A DNA stretch of 24,000 bases from Candidatus Woesearchaeota archaeon (GTDB lineage Archaea > Nanobdellota > Nanobdellia > Woesearchaeales > SKIA01): NCBI GenBank assembly GCA_007116645.1, contig SKIA01000001.1, positions 9,896 to 33,895 of the forward strand, in the 5' to 3' direction. Each line of letters opens with the position of its first letter. The stretch's first letter is position 1. The notes below the pieces were generated by a model that saw nothing but the letters and a program-made list of their open reading frames with translations, was not told the origin of the DNA and searched no databases. Position numbers and translations under genes: made by a program. Shown here one piece after another: positions 8,040 to 15,020 of the stretch.

Positions 8040-8863
8040 TCAAACGCTTTTTGCATTGCTTCTTCATCCGGTAGCGTCCAAGCAGGTGCAGTTTTCTTCT
8101 CTTGTGGTCGAAGGTCCGCCCAGTTTGGTCCGAGGTAGCGAAAAAAAGACAGAAACGCGGTGAAGGCAACGTTTTTTGACGTGGGCCGCACGGCTTGTTC
8201 TTTGACCATCCAGTGACGCTCAGAAACTTCTACTGTACGCAGATGATACAATCCTTGCTTTACTGCATGATGATGAATGTGCTGTAGTTGAGATGTTGAC
8301 GGAACGTATGTCACGATGTACCCTCCTACTTTGAGGGCTTTTGAGATGTGCGGAAAAACAGTCCATGGTTCTGGCATGTCAAGGATGACTGCGTCAAGGT
8401 CTGTTTCGTGGATTCCTTGAGAGACATCATGAAGATGGAATGTTACGTTATCAAGGTCAAAACTTTCAACGTTTTCTTTAGCAACCGAAAGGTGTTCGTT
8501 GTTGATGTCGTAACTAAAGACTTCTTTGCAGTGTTGTCCGAGCAAGATAGTGAGTGCTCCTGAGCCACTTCCTGCTTCAAGAACGCGGCTTTGCGGCGTA
8601 AGACCCGCAGTGGTCATGATCACGCCAGCGTCTTTGAATGTTATAATTTGTGCTTCTCGACGAATGCGCTTGTAACGGTCAATGAAGTGAGGTGTGAACA
8701 CAACAAGTGTTTCTCCTGCATCTGTCGCAACGATATCTCCGTCTTGTGCTTTTTCAAGCGTTTGGGCAGTGATTCGTCCGTACTGAGTGTGTACGTCAGC
8801 ACTGGAAGACTCTTGAATAAAGGTTCTTCCTGTTCCTGAAATAAGCATTCTGTGAACTCGCAT
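8036..8863 (-). CDS. trmI: tRNA (adenine-N1)-methyltransferase TrmI (Gcd14 family)
   Basis: SAM motif I is VLEAGSGSGALTILLG, followed by DAVILDMPEPW and VGGYIVTYVPSTSQ. The N-terminal beta domain is typical of TrmI. A TATA-like ttttttatt lies about 25 nt upstream of ATG 8863. Confidence 0.88.
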   Translation of the reverse strand: MRVHRMLISGTGRTFIQESSSADVHTQYGRITAQTLEKAQDGDIVATDAGETLVVFTPHFIDRYKRIRREAQIITFKDAGVIMTTAGLTPQSRVLEAGSGSGALTILLGQHCKEVFSYDINNEHLSVAKENVESFDLDNVTFHLHDVSQGIHETDLDAVILDMPEPWTVFPHISKALKVGGYIVTYVPSTSQLQHIHHHAVKQGLYHLRTVEVSERHWMVKEQAVRPTSKNVAFTAFLSFFRYLGPNWADLRPQEKKTAPAWTLPDEEAMQKAFD

Positions 8864-8902
8864 ACGAAATAGGAGCGTGGGCGAATAAAAAAGGGTTTGG
8901 GT

Positions 8903-11026
8903 TTATCGCCGCAGCTTGTTCACTAACGAAGCAAGCAAGTTCCAAGTTGGTTTGAGAACGCCATGATACACATGTACAATAATTGGTCGTACAACAGGCG
9001 CAACAATTATCCAGAGCTTTCGCAGTGGAGGCATCACTTTTGGTGCGAGCCGTTGCGTTATTTCAGCAACACGCACGCGTGCTGACAACAAGAACACGTT
9101 TGAGTCTTTGTTGATGTCATACCACGCACTTGATGTGTATAAGAGTGCTGCTCCAAGCAAAGGAACGATAAGGTACCATACAAGAATTGCGAGCAGGCTC
9201 GTTTCATCAGGAGTAAAGTCTGGGCGCTCTACTTGCGGTGTTTGCGGAGGTCTTCTTTGCGGCGGAGGAACGTTTGGGCGCTCAAACTCTACGACCTCTT
9301 CAACAAGATTAATATCTAATGAGCAGTCATTTACTGTGACAAGTTGATCCATTGGCATCATATCATCATGCTCGACAATAAAGCGATATCTTCCTGTGCG
9401 AGGAGGAGTAAAGGTTGCTTGTCCTTGCGCGTCTGAGGTGAGCGTTTGAATCTGTTGTCGTTGTTGTCCGAGCAATTCATACACTGTAATGCTTGCTCCC
9501 TGATACAGGTCGCAATAGGCTGCTCCTTGAAATGCTCTTCCTTCTAAAAAGCACGAGTAACGAGAAGACGCGTTGTAAACCTGCACTGTCGCTGTTTGGT
9601 TGACACAAAACCTGTCAGGAACCTCTAAGACTACGTACGCTCGTGTTTGTGCTTGGCGGCAGTCTTGCGGGCATGCAGTTGCGTTTTCTTGTGCTTGGCA
9701 TACGTTGTCACCGCAAAATCCGATGTCAAGAATGGCACTTTGCGAAGTAGTATGTTCTCCGTCGCTTGCGTAAAACGTGAAGTTAGTAATGCCGCGGTGA
9801 TCATCAAGAGCAGTGAAGTTTGCTCGTGCACGATACACCCCGGAAGTGTTTGAAGGTATAGACGTTATGCGAAACAAGCGAGGCTCAACCCAGTATGTCA
9901 TGTTTTCGTCAAGGTTTTGGTCAGTTACCGTGATGTCAAAGACGATTCGGTCGCCATAGTATCCTGACTGATCACTTACTGGTTGCATGACTGGCGGAAA
10001 GTTAAAAGAGCTAACAAATGCAGTGAGCGTTGCTTGGTCTGTGTCTTGTCCGTCGCTAACAGTGATGGTGATTGTGGTGTTTGGCACATCAGAGCCTAGT
10101 GGAGTCCACGTTACACGAGCAGAGGTTGAGGACAGAGAAGTTACTGTGCCTCGTGAGGAAGTGAAAGTGAGCGCGTCACCATCAGGATCTGTTGCTGTCA
10201 CAGTGAAGTTCATTGGTTGCCCTTCGGTTGCAAAGACGTTTGAGAGCACTGGCAAGACTGGGGGTTGATTTATCTGCACGATTTGTTGGGCGAGGGTTTC
10301 GTTTGACTGCGTGTTGTTGTTTTGTGCAAACACGTTCACGCTCAGCGTTTGTCCGCCGCGCGAAGCCCATCCGCCTGACGGAGTAGAAATATCGATGTAG
10401 TAGTAGTTTCCATCCAGTGTGAGATTTTGGTACGAGGAATACGCATCAGTTCCTATGCGATAGCGAGCTTGCGTTGCGGTAAGAGGCAAGGTGTCTTGTA
10501 TTGAGAGGTGGTATCGATACGTTCCTGTGGTGTCCGTGTTTAGTGCAGCGTTCTGACTGGAAGCTGTTGCAATGATAGGGCCTTGTTCTGTGTACGTAAG
10601 GGTAAGCGCATCTATTGTAGGAGTTGCTTGATTGTTTGTAGTTGCGAGTTGGAGCCGATACTGGTAGTAGCGCCGCATAGGAGAGGAAAGCAAGCTCCCT
10701 GAAGGGTTTGCGTACGCAGTACTCCATGAACTCCACGTGCCGTCAGGAGTAGGAGTATTTCCGCTTCTTGTGGTGACGATAAGACTTGTTTGAGCAGGAA
10801 TGCTTGCCACCCAACTAATAGTTGCAGTCGGGTTTGATCCAAGGTCTTTAATGCTGCTCAGATACGTTCCTGATAGCGAGTAGTTACCTGCTGTTTGCGC
10901 GAGGAGAAGTTGATTTGAGACGTTTTGTGTATCTTGATGTGTTCCTTGAGCAAAGTCTGTGTTGAGTTGGTCAATGATGCTTGGCGCAAGCAAAATCAAT
11001 GTGAGGAGAATAAGGAGTCGCTTCAT
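8903..11026 (-). CDS. Large secreted, C-terminally membrane-anchored surface protein with Ig/cadherin-like repeats
   Basis: The signal peptide is MKRLLILLTLILLAPS. He_PIG/cadherin-like modules are present (FTVTATDPDGDALTFTS, ITVTDQNLDENMTYW). There is a four-Cys module CGDNVCQAQENATACPQDC and many N-x-S/T sites. A Pro-rich linker is followed by the TM helix LLAILVWYLIVPLLGAALLY. Confidence 0.8.
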   Translation of the reverse strand: MKRLLILLTLILLAPSIIDQLNTDFAQGTHQDTQNVSNQLLLAQTAGNYSLSGTYLSSIKDLGSNPTATISWVASIPAQTSLIVTTRSGNTPTPDGTWSSWSTAYANPSGSLLSSPMRRYYQYRLQLATTNNQATPTIDALTLTYTEQGPIIATASSQNAALNTDTTGTYRYHLSIQDTLPLTATQARYRIGTDAYSSYQNLTLDGNYYYIDISTPSGGWASRGGQTLSVNVFAQNNNTQSNETLAQQIVQINQPPVLPVLSNVFATEGQPMNFTVTATDPDGDALTFTSSRGTVTSLSSTSARVTWTPLGSDVPNTTITITVSDGQDTDQATLTAFVSSFNFPPVMQPVSDQSGYYGDRIVFDITVTDQNLDENMTYWVEPRLFRITSIPSNTSGVYRARANFTALDDHRGITNFTFYASDGEHTTSQSAILDIGFCGDNVCQAQENATACPQDCRQAQTRAYVVLEVPDRFCVNQTATVQVYNASSRYSCFLEGRAFQGAAYCDLYQGASITVYELLGQQRQQIQTLTSDAQGQATFTPPRTGRYRFIVEHDDMMPMDQLVTVNDCSLDINLVEEVVEFERPNVPPPQRRPPQTPQVERPDFTPDETSLLAILVWYLIVPLLGAALLYTSSAWYDINKDSNVFLLSARVRVAEITQRLAPKVMPPLRKLWIIVAPVVRPIIVHVYHGVLKPTWNLLASLVNKLRR

Positions 11027-11298
11027 AGTTTCGTAAGCCCTCCAGTTTTTTCATAGTCTTTAATGGTTTGTTTGAGTGCTTCAGGAGATACTCCCAGCCG
11101 CTCTGCATATCGCGCGAGCTCGTCAATTGCAGTGTTTATTGGCTGCGGATCCACTTGTTTGAGTAGTATTCCTTCTCCAGGAATAATGTATGCGTAAAAT
11201 CCAGTGGTTTCGTCAATACCGAGTTCTTGCCTGACATCTTTGGGGATGACAATCTGTCCACGTTTGTCTGCTTGGAGAAGTTTTGGATATTTTTTCAT
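11023..11298 (-). CDS. AbrB/SpoVT-domain DNA-binding protein
   Basis: KRGQIVIPKDVRQELGIDETTGF is a SpoVT-AbrB swapped-hairpin motif. The stop overlaps the start of the surface-protein gene as ATGA (11026..11023). Confidence 0.8.
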   Translation of the reverse strand: MKKYPKLLQADKRGQIVIPKDVRQELGIDETTGFYAYIIPGEGILLKQVDPQPINTAIDELARYAERLGVSPEALKQTIKDYEKTGGLTKL

Positions 11299-11339
11299 TT
11301 CATCGAGGGTGGGAGCTGGGGGTAAGCCCCCACGTTCTC

Positions 11340-11352
11340 TCTGAAAATCAGA
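11340..11352. promoter_or_regulatory. Inverted-repeat motif TCTGA-AAA-TCAGA, copy 1 (candidate operator)
   Basis: It has 5-bp inverted arms and is identical to 11380..11392. It lies 42 nt upstream of the AbrB-like ATG. Confidence 0.45.
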
Positions 11353-11379
11353 CGAAGTTGCTTTTTTTCAGTCACTATG

Positions 11380-11392
11380 TCTGAAAATCAGA
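11380..11392. promoter_or_regulatory. Inverted-repeat motif TCTGA-AAA-TCAGA, copy 2 (candidate operator)
   Basis: It is an identical 13-mer exactly 40 bp from copy 1. An A/T run (11362..11372) lies between the two copies. Confidence 0.45.
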
Positions 11393-11436
11393 ATAGAAGT
11401 TTATCAATACGTATGGAAAATAATTCTGTTGCTGAC

Positions 11437-11952
11437 TTACGCTGCTTGCAAAGAACGACTTGGACGATACGATACCCGAGTCGAGCGAGTTTCATAGTCA
11501 GGAATGAGAACACCCACACTACACGTACCCGTACGCACAAAACGCACTCCAGGAACGCCTCTTGCACCCGCAAGCGCACGAGAGATCGATTCATCAGCAC
11601 GAGTAGGGGAGCGAAAATCATACTCTACCAAGCTCGCAAAGGGAATGCGCAGGCAATCAGAAGACAGCCAAGGGTGATCAGGCTCAGAGTCAGCATACAT
11701 CGACAAATCATCCATTACAGAGTGCCAATTAGGCATGGCCTGAGATGTGCGCAGCGAATCACGAGCGTATGGAAAAAACACTTCTGCAATGCGTGCAGGG
11801 TCCTGATACGTCGTCTTTGTTTTTTGCGTGCCATCCGGCAACACACCATCTGGAACGACTACTTTAAGCTGTTCTTCAAGCGTAAAACCTGTAGGATGAA
11901 AGGTGATGATGCGCCGCGATCTGCGCACATCAAGAATTGCTTCCACTCCCAT
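11437..11952 (-). CDS. Hypothetical protein (171 aa)
   Basis: Its composition is protein-like, unlike the Arg/Thr/His-rich overlapping + frame. A TATA-like cttaaata (revcomp of 11974..11981) lies 26 nt upstream of ATG 11952. I recognise no domain. Confidence 0.55.
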   Translation of the reverse strand: MGVEAILDVRRSRRIITFHPTGFTLEEQLKVVVPDGVLPDGTQKTKTTYQDPARIAEVFFPYARDSLRTSQAMPNWHSVMDDLSMYADSEPDHPWLSSDCLRIPFASLVEYDFRSPTRADESISRALAGARGVPGVRFVRTGTCSVGVLIPDYETRSTRVSYRPSRSLQAA

Positions 11953-12010
11953 ACAGTGATTGCGAAAGAGCAGTATTTAAGCATTATTAGTGTGGGGAAC
12001 ACACACTATG

Positions 12011-12018
12011 TTTTTATA
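12011..12018 (+). promoter_or_regulatory. TATA-like box for tRNA-Arg
   Basis: tttttata is centred 29 nt upstream of tRNA position 1 (12044). Confidence 0.5.
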
Positions 12019-12043
12019 GCAAAGAACATCCCAAAAGTACATC

Positions 12044-12118
12044 GGTCCCGTAGCTCAGCCTGGATAGAGCGCTGGCCTTCTAAGCCAGATGCCGAGGGTT
12101 CAAATCCCTCCGGGATCA
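12044..12118 (+). tRNA. tRNA-Arg (anticodon TCT)
   Basis: I folded the cloverleaf by hand. Acceptor GGTCCCG/CGGGATC; D arm GCTC..GAGC; anticodon stem CTGGC/GCCAG with loop CTTCTAA; T arm GAGGG-TTCAAAT-CCCTC; discriminator A. No intron and no encoded CCA. Confidence 0.9.
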
Positions 12119-12120
12119 CT

Positions 12121-12519
12121 ATGACCCCTGATCGCGTCGGAGCAGTAATCATCCAAGAAGGAAAAGTACTGCTTGTCACAGGATACGACATGGACTTATA
12201 CTGGACCCCGGGAGGACGTATTGAAGAAGGAGAAGACCACGAAACAACACTTCGTCGAGAACTCCAAGAAGAGCTCGGACTAGAGCTTGAGCGTATGACG
12301 CCCTTTGTCACATACAAAGCCGCTCGAACGACAACAGGAGAGATGCGCACTGTATACATCTATTTTGCAGACGTTACAGGTGAGCCCGTGCCCGCAGAAG
12401 AGATCAAAGCATTTGTATGGTATGGACAAGCAGAGTATGAACAAAAAAATCCTCCTGTAAAAGAACATACGTACAAACGAGTTATCAGACATCTTGCAGA
12501 ACACGGTTTTTTGCACTAG
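12121..12519 (+). CDS. Nudix hydrolase (MutT-like, 132 aa)
   Basis: The Nudix box is GGRIEEGEDHETTLRRELQEELGL. The ATG lies 2 nt after the tRNA-Arg discriminator base. The upstream part of the 380-aa track ORF is non-coding or tRNA. Confidence 0.85.
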   Translation: MTPDRVGAVIIQEGKVLLVTGYDMDLYWTPGGRIEEGEDHETTLRRELQEELGLELERMTPFVTYKAARTTTGEMRTVYIYFADVTGEPVPAEEIKAFVWYGQAEYEQKNPPVKEHTYKRVIRHLAEHGFLH

Positions 12520-12573
12520 CACTGGACATGTGCGCGCGTAACGCACCTAAATACCTAAAACAATTTTACTGGT

Positions 12574-12681
12574 ATGAACGGAAAATGCTCAAACTGTACC
12601 AAAACGATATGCGTCACTTGTGCTGAAGAATATGCTCTTTATGCTGGAGTTCCCTATTGCGTGGGGTGTGTGTCGCTGTAA
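12574..12681 (+). CDS. Small Cys-rich zinc-ribbon-like protein (35 aa)
   Basis: This ORF is not in the ORF track. It encodes MNGKCSNCTKTICVTCAEEYALYAGVPYCVGCVSL with three CxxC pairs. A TATA-like cctaaatacc lies about 24 nt upstream of the ATG. Confidence 0.45.
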   Translation: MNGKCSNCTKTICVTCAEEYALYAGVPYCVGCVSL

Positions 12682-12690
12682 GACAAAACC

Positions 12691-12698
12691 CATATAAA
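12691..12698 (+). promoter_or_regulatory. TATA-like box for tRNA-Cys
   Basis: catataaa is centred 29 nt upstream of tRNA position 1 (12724). Confidence 0.5.
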
Positions 12699-12723
12699 CG
12701 CAGGGCCTGTCCTTTGACTACAA

Positions 12724-12795
12724 GCGTCCGTAGCCAAGCGGTAAGGCAACCGCCTGCAGAGCGGTCATTCCCCGGTTCGAATCCGGGCGGGCGCT
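12724..12795 (+). tRNA. tRNA-Cys (anticodon GCA)
   Basis: Acceptor GCGTCCG/CGGGCGC; anticodon stem ACCGC/GCGGT with loop CTGCAGA; T arm CCCGG-TTCGAAT-CCGGG; discriminator T, the U73 expected for Cys. It is followed by T6. Confidence 0.9.
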
Positions 12796-12799
12796 TTTT
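12783..12799 (+). repeat. Direct repeat copy 1: the last 13 nt of tRNA-Cys plus the oligo-T tract (ccgggcgggcgcttttt)
   Basis: It is a perfect 17-mer also found at 12854..12870. Confidence 0.8.
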
Positions 12800-12853
12800 T
12801 GAGCGACAGCGAAAAAAGCGAATGCAGGGTCAAAGAACTACGTTCTTTGCTAA

Positions 12854-12870
12854 CCGGGCGGGCGCTTTTT
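12854..12870 (+). repeat. Direct repeat copy 2: an orphan copy of the tRNA-Cys 3' end plus oligo-T
   Basis: It is a perfect 17-mer located 71 nt downstream of copy 1. The 54-nt spacer carries two hairpins (cgctttttt/aaaaaagcg and caaagaac/gttctttg). Confidence 0.8.
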
Positions 12871-12956
12871 AGCTATGCCCGTATCCGAAGCGCGGCAAAG
12901 CAAAGGTTCTTGCGAGTTGAGAAAGAATTAAGAATGCTCACACCCGTAAACACTGT

Positions 12957-13337
12957 ATGAACGCTCTGAACATCTTTCTTGCAGCAGGAGCTGCGTACGT
13001 GCTTGGAGGACTCTGGTATTCCCCATTTATGTTTGGAAAGCGCTGGATGCGCCTTTCTAAAAAGAAAGAAAAAGACTTGAAAATGACCCCGGCAATCGTC
13101 GCCTTAGGACTTGTGGGGACGCTCATGACCGCATTTGTCTTTTCTTGGCTTATCACGCAAACAAGCGTGCAAGGAACGCTTGGAGGAATGTTTTTTGGCG
13201 TCATGCTCTGGGCAGGATTCTTGTTGCCATTTGCAGCAAATGCTGTTTTGTATAAAACCACAAGCCCACAACTCTTCTTAATTGACAGCCTCTACCCGCT
13301 CGCAGGACTCATTCTGATGGGAGCAATTCTCACATAA
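12957..13337 (+). CDS. DUF1761-family membrane protein
   Basis: The N-terminus AAGAAYVLGGLWYSPFMFGKRWM matches the DUF1761 signature as I recall it. It has four hydrophobic helices. Confidence 0.65.
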   Translation: MNALNIFLAAGAAYVLGGLWYSPFMFGKRWMRLSKKKEKDLKMTPAIVALGLVGTLMTAFVFSWLITQTSVQGTLGGMFFGVMLWAGFLLPFAANAVLYKTTSPQLFLIDSLYPLAGLILMGAILT

Positions 13338-13368
13338 ACAATATATACTCGCCATATATACCAAAGTA

Positions 13369-13677
13369 ATGGCAAAAGTCATGGAAGAGTTCAGTGAATT
13401 CTTGCACGAGTACAAAGTTATCCCGCTCGCAATAGCGTTTATCATGGGTGTAGCGATTACGACGCTTGTTCAAAGCCTCGTAAACAACATCATCATGCCC
13501 ACAGTAACGCCGTTTGTTCCAGGGGGAGCGTGGGAAACCGCAACCCTCACACTCGGACCAATTGTATGGTCGTGGGGAGCATTTGTGGGAGCCATCATTA
13601 ACTTTGTCATCATAGCACTCGTCGTGTTTATGATTGCAAAACACTTTCTCAAAGAAAAAAAAGTAACCAAGAAGTAA
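13369..13677 (+). CDS. mscL: Large-conductance mechanosensitive channel MscL
   Basis: EFSEFLHEYKVIPLAIAFIMGVAITTLVQSLVNNIIMP is collinear with E. coli MscL [38 protein letters not shown]. A second TM helix and a basic tail follow. Confidence 0.85.
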   Translation: MAKVMEEFSEFLHEYKVIPLAIAFIMGVAITTLVQSLVNNIIMPTVTPFVPGGAWETATLTLGPIVWSWGAFVGAIINFVIIALVVFMIAKHFLKEKKVTKK

Positions 13678-13694
13678 ACACTTCACCCTTTCTT

Positions 13695-14081
13695 TTATTT
13701 TTTATTGCACAACGCAAAGGCGTTGTCAGAGTCATGATTAAAATACACTCTTGACAGCATAAACGAACCGTCATCGCGCATGTCTCCACGCAAAGAAACA
13801 ACGTCTTGACCTAAACGCAAACGATCTTCTAGACTTTGCAATGACGCTGCCGAATCACCATGAAGAATCTTGTCAGGAGAAGCAGAAAAAGAATACTGCA
13901 CATTGCTTGGAACAGTGACTTGAACATACAACGAGTCATCTGATAAGTATAGCTCAGAAATAAAATTTGCGTGAGCATTCACACCCCAGTCAGAAGTTGG
14001 ACACTCCAACTCCGCGGGGCTTTGATGAGAATAACCCATCAGTGCAATAAGGCCTGCTCCTCCAAGCAATAACTTCCTCAT
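13695..14081 (-). CDS. Small secreted protein, unknown function
   Basis: It has the signal-like N-terminus MRKLLLGGAGLIALMG. A TATA-like cataaag lies about 25 nt upstream of ATG 14081. Confidence 0.5.
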   Translation of the reverse strand: MRKLLLGGAGLIALMGYSHQSPAELECPTSDWGVNAHANFISELYLSDDSLYVQVTVPSNVQYSFSASPDKILHGDSAASLQSLEDRLRLGQDVVSLRGDMRDDGSFMLSRVYFNHDSDNAFALCNKK

Positions 14082-14113
14082 AAAAAAAAGAAGTGAAGAA
14101 GACTTTATGAGTC

Positions 14114-14968
14114 TTACGCGAGAGCTATCTTATTTTTCTTTAGAGCAGCAGTTAGAGCAGACAAATATTCAGACACGATATCATCGCGCCGACCAATCTC
14201 TAACAACCAGATACGCACAGAAATTGTCATTCGAGCAGCAGTTACATCAGTCACCAACACTCTAGGAGCAAACCTTGACAAATCACGCTCGCCCTCAAAA
14301 AACTGTTTTGAAGCCTTGATAATGCTTGCAAACGCAGATCGCTCACTGCGAGAAATACTTGGTAAAATACGCTGGTTTTTGCTTGCGACCTCGCGCACCA
14401 CGTCACGAATTGTCTGCAAGTCAGAACCCACGGCCACGTTCAACGATAACGCCGTCTCAATAAATCCGCTTTTAGAGTAGTTGTGCACCATCTGCGTTAG
14501 TAGTTGAGTATTAGGAAGGTAAATGAGACGACCATTTTGGTGTCGTAAGACAGTGTGCATAAGGCGCATGTCCTTAACCCTACAAATCCCTGAAGCACCC
14601 ACTTCAACCCAATCTTCAGGCTGAACAGAGCGATTAACAGAGACAATAACGCCCCCAATCATATTCTGGAGAACTTGTTGAGACGAGAAAGCAATCGCAA
14701 TACTCAAAATACCAAGTGATGCAGCAAGAGCTGAAAAATCAAGATCCAAAATGCGATACACAGCAATTGTTAGTCCAGAGAAGAAAAAAATGTACTGGAA
14801 TAAACGAGAAAGACGCTTTGATATCGCACCTGACACGCGCGGATCAAGAAATCTTCGAAGAAGCAAGTACAAAGTATTGCCGGCGATAAAGGTAATGGCA
14901 ACAACAAGGATGAAAATAAGAAACGTTTCAAGCGTTGTGCGCCCAAACAAGATAGTGTCTGCAACCAT
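14114..14968 (-). CDS. MscS-family small-conductance mechanosensitive channel
   Basis: Three N-terminal TM helices are followed by SSQQVLQNMIGGVIVSVNRSVQPEDWVEV and GICRVKDMRLMHTVL, the pore helix plus beta domain pattern of MscS. Confidence 0.85.
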   Translation of the reverse strand: MVADTILFGRTTLETFLIFILVVAITFIAGNTLYLLLRRFLDPRVSGAISKRLSRLFQYIFFFSGLTIAVYRILDLDFSALAASLGILSIAIAFSSQQVLQNMIGGVIVSVNRSVQPEDWVEVGASGICRVKDMRLMHTVLRHQNGRLIYLPNTQLLTQMVHNYSKSGFIETALSLNVAVGSDLQTIRDVVREVASKNQRILPSISRSERSAFASIIKASKQFFEGERDLSRFAPRVLVTDVTAARMTISVRIWLLEIGRRDDIVSEYLSALTAALKKNKIALA

Positions 14969-14990
14969 ACAAGAAAGAAAGCAAAGACAA

Positions 14991-15000
14991 CTTTAAAAAG
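14991..15000. promoter_or_regulatory. Shared near-palindromic TATA element (ctttaaaaag) between divergent genes
   Basis: Its centre at about 14996 lies 28 nt from the MscS ATG (14968, minus strand) and 25 nt from ATG 15021 (plus strand). Confidence 0.45.
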
Positions 15001-15020
15001 TAATGTTGCCAGAGGAGATT

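Noticed and set aside
11023-11298. The AbrB-like gene as the antitoxin of a toxin-antitoxin pair
   Set aside because: The coupled downstream gene is a 707-aa secreted surface protein, not a PIN, MazF or other small toxin. No toxin-like ORF is adjacent.
11377-12519. The 380-aa plus-strand ORF, the longest ORF in this region
   Set aside because: Its first ~250 codons give low-complexity Arg/Thr/His-rich sequence and read straight through tRNA-Arg. Only the last 132 codons (the Nudix box) look real. The minus-strand ORF 11437..11952 has the protein-like composition and a properly spaced TATA box.
12657-12872. A 71-aa ORF
   Set aside because: It is entirely explained by tRNA-Cys and the duplicated tRNA 3' end, and its sequence is Arg/Ala/Gly-rich and GC-driven.
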